In this document: piece after piece, positions 57,021-64,000 of the stretch | How the letters are laid out: every line of letters starts with the position of its first letter | Numbering within the stretch: the first letter of the stretch is position 1 | Origin: Cyanophora paradoxa CCMP329 | Taxonomy: Eukaryota; Plantae; Glaucophyta | Reading direction: 5' to 3' | NCBI GenBank assembly: GCA_004431415.1 | Contig: QPMI01000626.1 | Span: 256,905-320,904, forward strand | DNA: 64,000 nt | Notes under the pieces: model-generated | What the model was told of the DNA's origin: nothing | Database searches by the model: none | Seen by the model: the letters and a program-made list of their open reading frames with translations, nothing else | Translations under genes and position numbers: made by a program

Positions 57021-57866
57021 ATGAAAAGAATAACAATAAATTGCGACAGTAGAGACCTTGAAAACGGCGTGCTGCACTTGAAAACGCGCCTTAATAATGT
57101 ACGACGATTTCGTGTGCTATCCGCTGAGATTCCCAATAGCTCTTACGTTGTTCCACCCAATCAGACAATCACTATAAAGCTTCTGAATGAGACGCCCTCA
57201 GTCATACCAGCATCCAAAGTGATGGCGCCGATTCCCAGCGTAAACGATTATTATTACGTCGATGCTGATAACGAACGATATCCGAAAGAGAGAGCTTTAA
57301 ACAGTGATGCTTTACTCGGTTTTTCAGGCGGTTCTTTTAATCCTCTCGGTCTCTTCCCGGTTTCCTATTCTCTCGCTCTGTCCACAAACCGCTTCGTTTT
57401 CTCATCTCCGAATAGCCCTTTTACATTAGAGTCATCAGACCAGGAGTTCTGTGACTGTCTCGGCATAGAACCCGGAGTGGTTTACGCCAGCACACCAGAA
57501 CCAGTGCCGGTTCCACTCAGAGATTACCCCAGTCGCTACGCGATTATATGCCCGAAAATGGTCGACTTTAATGCAATTCCATATATTTACCTTGATATCG
57601 AAGAGCTCCGCCCGTTTACCAAATTCGCAGCGGTTACAGGTAGACAGAACAATGTCGACGACTCCTATCTATTGCGAATTCAGATGAACTCGGACTTTGG
57701 TAGATATTCCTTTTACCACGAACCGAGCGCAAGCATCCCTTTCGTAAATGTCACATCGCAACTCGATTTAGATCGTCTCACAATATCGCTTCGAAAATGG
57801 CGGGGCTCTGTTGCGGATATAAACGGTCTCTCATTCTCGTTCCAGCTCGAAGTGATCACGGATTAA
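57021..57866 (+). CDS. Minor capsid (penton) protein 2
   Basis: INCDSRD...LNNVRRFRVLSAEIPNS, YIYLDIEEL and LDRLTISLR..G...DINGLSFSFQLEV. Confidence 0.88.
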   Translation: MKRITINCDSRDLENGVLHLKTRLNNVRRFRVLSAEIPNSSYVVPPNQTITIKLLNETPSVIPASKVMAPIPSVNDYYYVDADNERYPKERALNSDALLGFSGGSFNPLGLFPVSYSLALSTNRFVFSSPNSPFTLESSDQEFCDCLGIEPGVVYASTPEPVPVPLRDYPSRYAIICPKMVDFNAIPYIYLDIEELRPFTKFAAVTGRQNNVDDSYLLRIQMNSDFGRYSFYHEPSASIPFVNVTSQLDLDRLTISLRKWRGSVADINGLSFSFQLEVITD

Positions 57867-57901
57867 GCGCTGTCTCGTCAGCGCGCAACGACCGAAGGAA
57901 G

Positions 57902-59393
57902 TCACACGTAGTAGCCCTCGAAATCAATTCGGCATGCCGAAGCTACGTTCGTCGTGAGCACCCAGATTACGAGGGTTCTCACAGATCTCGGGTTCGCTAA
58001 GAAATGTTCGTCGGGCTCTACACTTCCGGCTATTTGATTTGCATTGGTAAACACTCTCGTCGCGCCGGCTTCTGTGTATGTGACAAGCGCCGAAACTCCC
58101 GGAGTTAATTGGTAATCGATTTCAAACGTTTTAATGTAGTTTCCATTCGCAGCCGGCTTCATTTTTATAGAGGAAAGCATAAACAGACGCGGAAAATCAA
58201 TGCGTAAATAATTGCCTCCCGACCTACTACCTTGCGGCGGGTTGGTAAATCCCACCCACCCCGTAGCATTTGACCAGCGGGCATCAGAAGCTGTGCCAAA
58301 TTCCGCAATAAAGGCGCTATTATCGAGCGGCACCCAGTTAGACTCCGGGGGTGCGCTTACATCTGTGCACCCGGACAGATTAATAATGGGAACGTCTCCC
58401 TCTGATATATTCATCGTCAGCACTGAATACATCGCATTAAAATACGTTTGCTGTGCGGAAACAAACGCGAGCGCTTCCGTTTCCAAATATTGCAGGTGAC
58501 TCGTTGTGATAGTATCGAGGGTCATTTTATCTTTCGGTAAAGGCACACTCAGCTTATAGTAGCGATCGTAATTCTGATCATCGTTTCTTGGTAAAAGTTC
58601 CAGCAGCTTTACGTGGGCGTTTAGATCACTCGACTCTAAGAACATGCTGAGAATTGGCGATCCTGTGGCGCTTAGCATCCATTGCACGATCCCCCAATTC
58701 TTAATAGCGTCGTACGAATATCCAGATGTCGCCTTATCAGAGTCTTGGACGTGACCCGCCGTAATCGAGACCACTATAAGCTCCTCCTCGCAAGAGTTTC
58801 CGAATAAAGTGCGGGCGAATGTGTAGCCGCAAACCCCGGGCGAATTATTTCCACTCATGCAACCATCAATTAAACAGTATGTTCTTCCGGCGACTGTGAC
58901 TTGTTTCGGCTCGAAATAGGTGGGCGCAGCTGAGGTAGCCCTTGCAGCATCGCGCACAAGCATCCCATTAATATCTTCATCGTTGCTTGAAATAAAAACG
59001 GGGGACATTAAGACCGTGTCGAACGCAGTCACGATGGTGGGTTTATAGAGATCCGCCATAGTCGCTGAGCCGCAGAGTTCCAGAGCCACAGCTTCTAAGT
59101 TAGTTGCTTCGTACTTTGGGCGCTGTACAATCGATGTAAGCACTCGTGGATTCGCGAAAATCAGCGGCAGCTTCGCTTTGTAGAGCGCCAGAATATCAGT
59201 GCAGTATATTTAGGGGCGCCATCGGTTCCCTTGATATTCAATAGGAGCGCGATTAATCCACCTGTGGATGTTCCCGCAAAGCAGTCGAATAGCTGTTGGA
59301 TTCGTTTACCGGTTTGGGCTTCAATCTGTGCCAGTATAGCAGCCTCGATTATTCCACGCGACCTCCACCACTCAAAGCGAGGACGGTCTTCAT
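57902..59393 (-). CDS. Patatin-like phospholipase with C-terminal discoidin (F5/8 type C) domain (two frameshifts near 59361 and 59201)
   Basis: MKTVLALSGGGxRG, FDCFAGTSTGG, ARATSAAPTYFEP and LIDG; C-terminal YLRIDF...YIKTFEIDY...RVF...NPRSVRTLVIW...CRIDFEG. Confidence 0.88.
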
Positions 59394-59436
59394 TATCTTA
59401 TATACTTCTTATATATCTTCTTTGTTTATAAAGAGG

Positions 59437-62194
59437 ATGTCGTTCCTGAATCCGCGACCAGACGCACGAGTTATTAATTCGACCACTCAGATAGAGGACA
59501 CTGATCAGGTAAACACTGAAATTCGCGGGTCTCTGAGAATAAATTACAATGCAGACCGCGAAGATCCAGTCAGTGGAACACCGAGCAGACCCGCAGCTTT
59601 GCAGTTAATGAACGTCGAGAAAGGGGATCATAAACTTGGAATCGACTTTTTACTTGATGATAACGAACGAAACAGAGTCGCCAGCATTCAGGCAACCCGC
59701 CAGCTACCGAAAACGGTGCGATATAATCGTAGGAACATCCCAAAAGCATTCGATAGAGGTCGCTTAAACTTCTTCATTCAAGATGAGAGCGGTTTCCAAA
59801 ATGCAGCTATGCGAATCGTGGATAATAGCACACTTATAGCGGGAGTATCCACACGGAAAACAAAGGTAGAGGTCGTTCATGATCTCTCAGCAGGTAATCT
59901 AACGACGAGTAATATTACAGCAAGTAACATATCTACAAATACTCTTAACGTAAACTCGCTTAACTCCGAGTCGTTTTTCGCCACCAATGTCGCAACCTGT
60001 AACCTAAACATCGAATCCTTTGTGATTCAGAAGAGCGAATCGGTTCCCCAGATAACAGAGGGTGTTTTCACATTAGACCCCGCGAAACCGACCTTAGAAA
60101 TTGTCGAAAATGGGAACGTTGTGGATATAATTGGCGCCAATGCTCCGAATGTGAGATCCTTAGCACTTGATAAAACGACTATATCATTTGCAGAGGAGAT
60201 TCCGGCTTTTACCACAGAGAAACAGGCACTGAGAACAGATCATGTTTACATTACCAGAGACAATATAAACGATCTTTTAGGCAAGGACATCGTAAAGGCG
60301 TTTTTGGAGTTCGAGAGGAGCAAGAACACCAAAGATTCAAGTCAGGATGGAACCCTCACGACCCACACTACTGAAATCGCGGCTTTGCAATCCGAAATTA
60401 ATGCTCTGTTTGCAGCAGATGGAGCGCTTGCAATTACCTTAGCCCATATTTTATCGAAAAGGAACATTTACCCCGCGACTGACAACACATACCGAATTGG
60501 TCTCTCGAATCTGAGATGGTCAGAGTTGCATGGAGTTTCCATGTTTGCCTCCAATTTAATCCTTCCATTTAATCACTCACTCCGACCCAATCAGATTCTC
60601 ACCAATGATAATGCACTGATCAGCTACACTGACTTTAATAGCAACCTTTCCCGCTCAGTTTCGCAAACTGAGACCTACACTGTCGAAGGATACCCTCAGC
60701 AGATTGCAAATGGGTCTTTGTCGCTTATGTAGGCAAACCTACATTTACATTCACTTGGGATCAGTTGGGTGTCACAGGTTTCGAGACGACTATACCCACT
60801 GTTTCATTGGTGGATCACACTACTTATTATAATCCTATCACTAACAATAATGAATCGAATAAAGCATTTATTCAAAATGTCACCTCCACAGGGTTTCAGA
60901 TTTCGTTTGTCATTAACGAGACATACAATTTACTTATCATCCGAAACAACTTATTGACTTCCGAAGCTACTATAAGTTTCACTCTTACCATCAATTATAT
61001 CACCCCTGAATTCGATAGCGAACCCAGAGTAAAGGTTTACCGAGATTTACAAGGTAGCAATATCGTGCCCTTCTCACAGAATTTCGATCTTGGCGCGAAC
61101 TCTTTAAGGTGGAACACAGTTTATTCTTTGAGTGCAAACACCTGTAATATTGTAGTCGCAGGTTCATCGGCTACTATTGGAGATCTGACCGCGCCTTTTA
61201 GAAAGGAGTATCTTAAAGAGCTGTATATAACAAAGTCTGATTTACCAGATGCTATTTCGTTGGTGCTCTCCCCGACTCCCAGCATATCATACCACAATGT
61301 GAAAGACACAAGTAATGTAGTGCGGAGTGGAAGCAAAGTATTCCAGGCATCTGAAATAGGATCGGTCTCATATAGATATCTTGCAGGGTTCCAGCGAGTT
61401 TAATTTCACATTTGAGTCTCCATTTGTCTCCCCTCCTACAATTGAAATAACAGACACCAACTTGTATGTCGTCAATGATGGGTCATCTACCTCACTTCAA
61501 AATGCACCCGCAGGCTACTCCCCATTTCTTGCAACTAACATTACAACAACCGGCTTTACACTTGTTGGAAATGCCACTGTCACATATGCTCTGTCAGGGT
61601 ATCCTTTGGATTGTACTTCGCGAAATTCAATCTTTCCGTTATCCAGCAGTGTCCTTTCTCCTCCCTTTACTATTAGTTGGAAGGCAACAGGAACTATACC
61701 TCGGTTTGACTCCGAAGATCGATTAAAATAAGGTATCCTCTCGATGTGACCGACATTCATACTACGAGAATTAATGGGCAGAATTTCGTGTTTAATGGAA
61801 CCATGCGACTCTGATCGATAATCGAGTGACGAATAATTACTTTTTCGATTCTCGATACATTAATACTTGCAATATTGTCATACATAAAACGTTTGAGGAT
61901 CGCAGTAAGACCTTAACAGTGACCTTGCCCACTCACTCGAATGTCTCAGATGGATTTTACTATTATCTGTTAAATCGCTATTACACCTCTTATATTCCAT
62001 ATCCTTCTGAGACTGTCAACATGAGCTATCCCAGAGTCACCCTAACATCGACCAATGCTGACTTCTTTGGATCCACAGACTTCATGAGAGACTTCTTTTA
62101 TTTTACATCCTCCACAGATGGTCTCTTAGTTTATTACTCTTACAAATATGAGTCTATTGCTACCCAAATGACAGCCACCCAAACACTGATGTGA
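59437..62194 (+). CDS. Putative virion fibre/adhesin, split by several frameshifts
   Basis: Coiled-coil segment; repeated tail-fibre-like motif (IYPATDNTYRIGLSNLRW, IVPFSQNFDLGANSLRW); repeated beta modules (FESPFVSPPTI...NITTTGFTL...ISWKATG); recurring NTCNIV. ORFs 59437-60732, 60765-61403, 61381-61731 and 61826-62194 are collinear. Confidence 0.7.
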
Positions 62195-63660
62195 TCACAG
62201 CAGGCGATAAGAAATATATAAAAACCGCTTCCCCATGGGTGTGCACTGTCCGGCTTGATGACAGATACACTCCTAACCTAAATAACATTGGATGCATTCG
62301 ACATGCAATATTATGTGCAAGGTGCGATTTCGGCTTCGAAGTACTTTGAGGGTGGGAATTGTGATACAGGACATAGGTTGCTATCGCGAAATGGACTCTT
62401 TGAGTCATTCAGTGGGACGGCTCTACCGCCTTTATCAGGACACAGTCTATGATACCACATGCAATATTTGGTGTGTCGATCTGTGAGTAATCCGCCTGTG
62501 ACACAGGAATTGTATAAATATCTGTCAGATACCTATGGTGCAATCTCAGGATCCTCCACAGGAATCCAGCGACGGCTCCATCGTGTTTGCAAATGCATAC
62601 ACAGCGCCGACCTCATTAGCAGGGTCGACGGAACCGCCCCCAGATTCAGATCCTAACTTGCCTCCTGATGAGTCAGACCCACAGACCCCACCTACCACTG
62701 ATCCTACAACACCTAATAATCCCACAAATCCTACTAATCCAGTCGGAGCACCGGGAACTGATCCAGGAACGTTAGTGCTTATGATTCTCTTACCGATTCT
62801 CGTGCTCTTGGGCTTGTGCTTGCATACAAATTCCGAGCTTTATGTTGTGCTTGCATAGACAGAACCATTGCAGGAGCAGGTAATAAATACTCCACACTGA
62901 GCTGAATGTGACCCAAACAGCCGAAGGAGATGTGGGCTTAGAGGTGAGGTCAGCGAGGGCATGGTCTAAGTGTTGTGAGAACTGATCAACCACCAGCAAG
63001 TAGGGCAGCACCCAAAAAATCACGAGCACAACGAATGGCTGAATCAATAATAAAAGATAATGCAGACTTTATGGCGGAAATGGCACAGCGAGAAGGAAGA
63101 ATATATGAACATGTTCCAAACGTTATGTAAACAACCTTAATTTTTGTAGTATGCAATAATAGATATATAATGACGGAGCCATAGTAGAGACGACAATTAG
63201 GAATGCTGTGTTGAATAATCAATTTACATAACCCATAGCAATATACCCATGAATCCAATGACCTACTTGTAAATTTGAAAGGGTATGTGATGGGAGCTAT
63301 GGCTTCCAACCTGTGGAATGACATTTTTGGTTATGAGTTTGGGCACATCTATGACATTGCAAGTGAATAGGCTATGTGGATGCAATGGCAGGAACAGCCT
63401 TTCGAAATCTAAATTGCAACTGTGTGGGTGGGTGGATGTTTCAGATCTGTTCAAATGTCGATCCTACTATTGATCCCGCCACGTGACTTTGATTGCAATC
63501 TGTTTGCCCCCAAAACCATTTTCTCCATCACTTGCAATCTCGTTAATTCGGATGTGCCCATTGTGGCACCTCTCATGGGTGCATCCAATATGTATATTCG
63601 AAGATACCCTGTTGTTCACACAGGTGGAGAGTATGTGATCCAGATGATCCAGCTATAATG
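62195..63660 (+). pseudogene. Disrupted coding sequence (fibre continuation or further gene) including a Pro/Thr/Asp linker
   Basis: Fragment PPPDSDPNLPPDESDPQTPPTTDPTTPNNPTNP; only short ORFs; CpG-poor. Confidence 0.4.
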
Positions 63661-63809
63661 CCCTAAAATGATCTCCCTTCGGATTATGTAGGAAGGGGGA
63701 ACTGAAACGGTTTCATTCTACAGGAGACTATAATGATCTCATTAAAAACCCACCGCAGCAAATCTACACCCTGTTGCATTTTCGGGAGTTTCCTCGACCT
63801 TAATAATAG

Positions 63810-64000
63810 ATCACACACCCACACAAAGGCAGAAATCACAGATTTTGCACACACTCACACCAATCCCAAATAACAGATTTTGCACACACCCACACCGAGC
63901 AGATATTACAATTTCGCTCACACTCATTTTAAATCTGAGATACAGATTTTCGCGACACACTCACACAAAATCACAGGATTACAGATTTGCACACACTCAT
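63810..64000. repeat. Imperfect CA-rich tandem repeats, probably subterminal
   Basis: ACAGATTTTGCACACAC(T/C)CACAC-like units repeated 4-5 times. Confidence 0.7.

Larger units (their letters stand above)
44331..64000. mobile_element. Endogenous Polinton-like virus (rve-integrase type); right terminus beyond the window
   Basis: Abrupt switch to lower GC and dense intronless ORFs. Hallmark set present: MCP, pentons, A32 ATPase, PolB-helicase, rve integrase. A 17-bp direct repeat GGTGAGCCCCACCAATT occurs at 44334 and 44642 near the left end. Confidence 0.93.

Noticed and set aside
59296-59436. N-terminal extension of the fibre ORF as given in the track
   Set aside because: It overlaps the reconstructed patatin start on the other strand; the ATG at 59437 is more plausible.
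63810-64000. Right terminal inverted repeat of the virus
   Set aside because: No reverse-complement match to 44331-44700 was found. Only a 12-bp same-strand match (CACAAAATCACA) was seen, which is too weak.
44331-64000. Bacterial prophage contamination or a true virophage
   Set aside because: No terminase or portal genes. A eukaryotic-type rve integrase, pentons and an A32 ATPase are present, and neither a virophage-type protease nor a larger virophage-size MCP was seen.

Overview
Eukaryotic nuclear DNA in two very different parts. Bases 1 to about 44,330 are GC-rich, intron-dense host sequence with many GC-AG introns. Two genes have N-termini resembling plastid transit peptides with an early Phe, which suggests a glaucophyte such as Cyanophora (inference). 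Most ORFs in the supplied track for this part are artefacts. Manual splicing gives: a GAF-domain gene; three tandem copies of a 16-exon divergent FtsJ/RrmJ-like methyltransferase gene, interleaved with two copies of a membrane/coiled-coil gene built from 33-nt microexons; a DUF3537/gustatory-receptor-like 7TM channel gene; and a long, probably plastid-targeted gene. These are followed by a palindrome of about 7.2 kb flanked by a direct duplication, small SINE- and MITE-like inserts, and a beta-helix gene cut off at about 44,330. From about 44,331 to the window end lies an intronless, lower-GC endogenous Polinton-like virus whose right end is outside the window. It encodes an rve integrase, a PolB-SF1 helicase-HNH fusion, an A32-type packaging ATPase, a major capsid protein, two head-to-head pentons and a fibre. 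Its unusual cargo includes a prokaryotic-type AdoMet decarboxylase and a patatin phospholipase fused to a discoidin domain. Most of its frameshifts are repaired by one extra base in a short homopolymer, so the provirus may be intact. All domain calls come from motif recognition by eye; no database searches were run.
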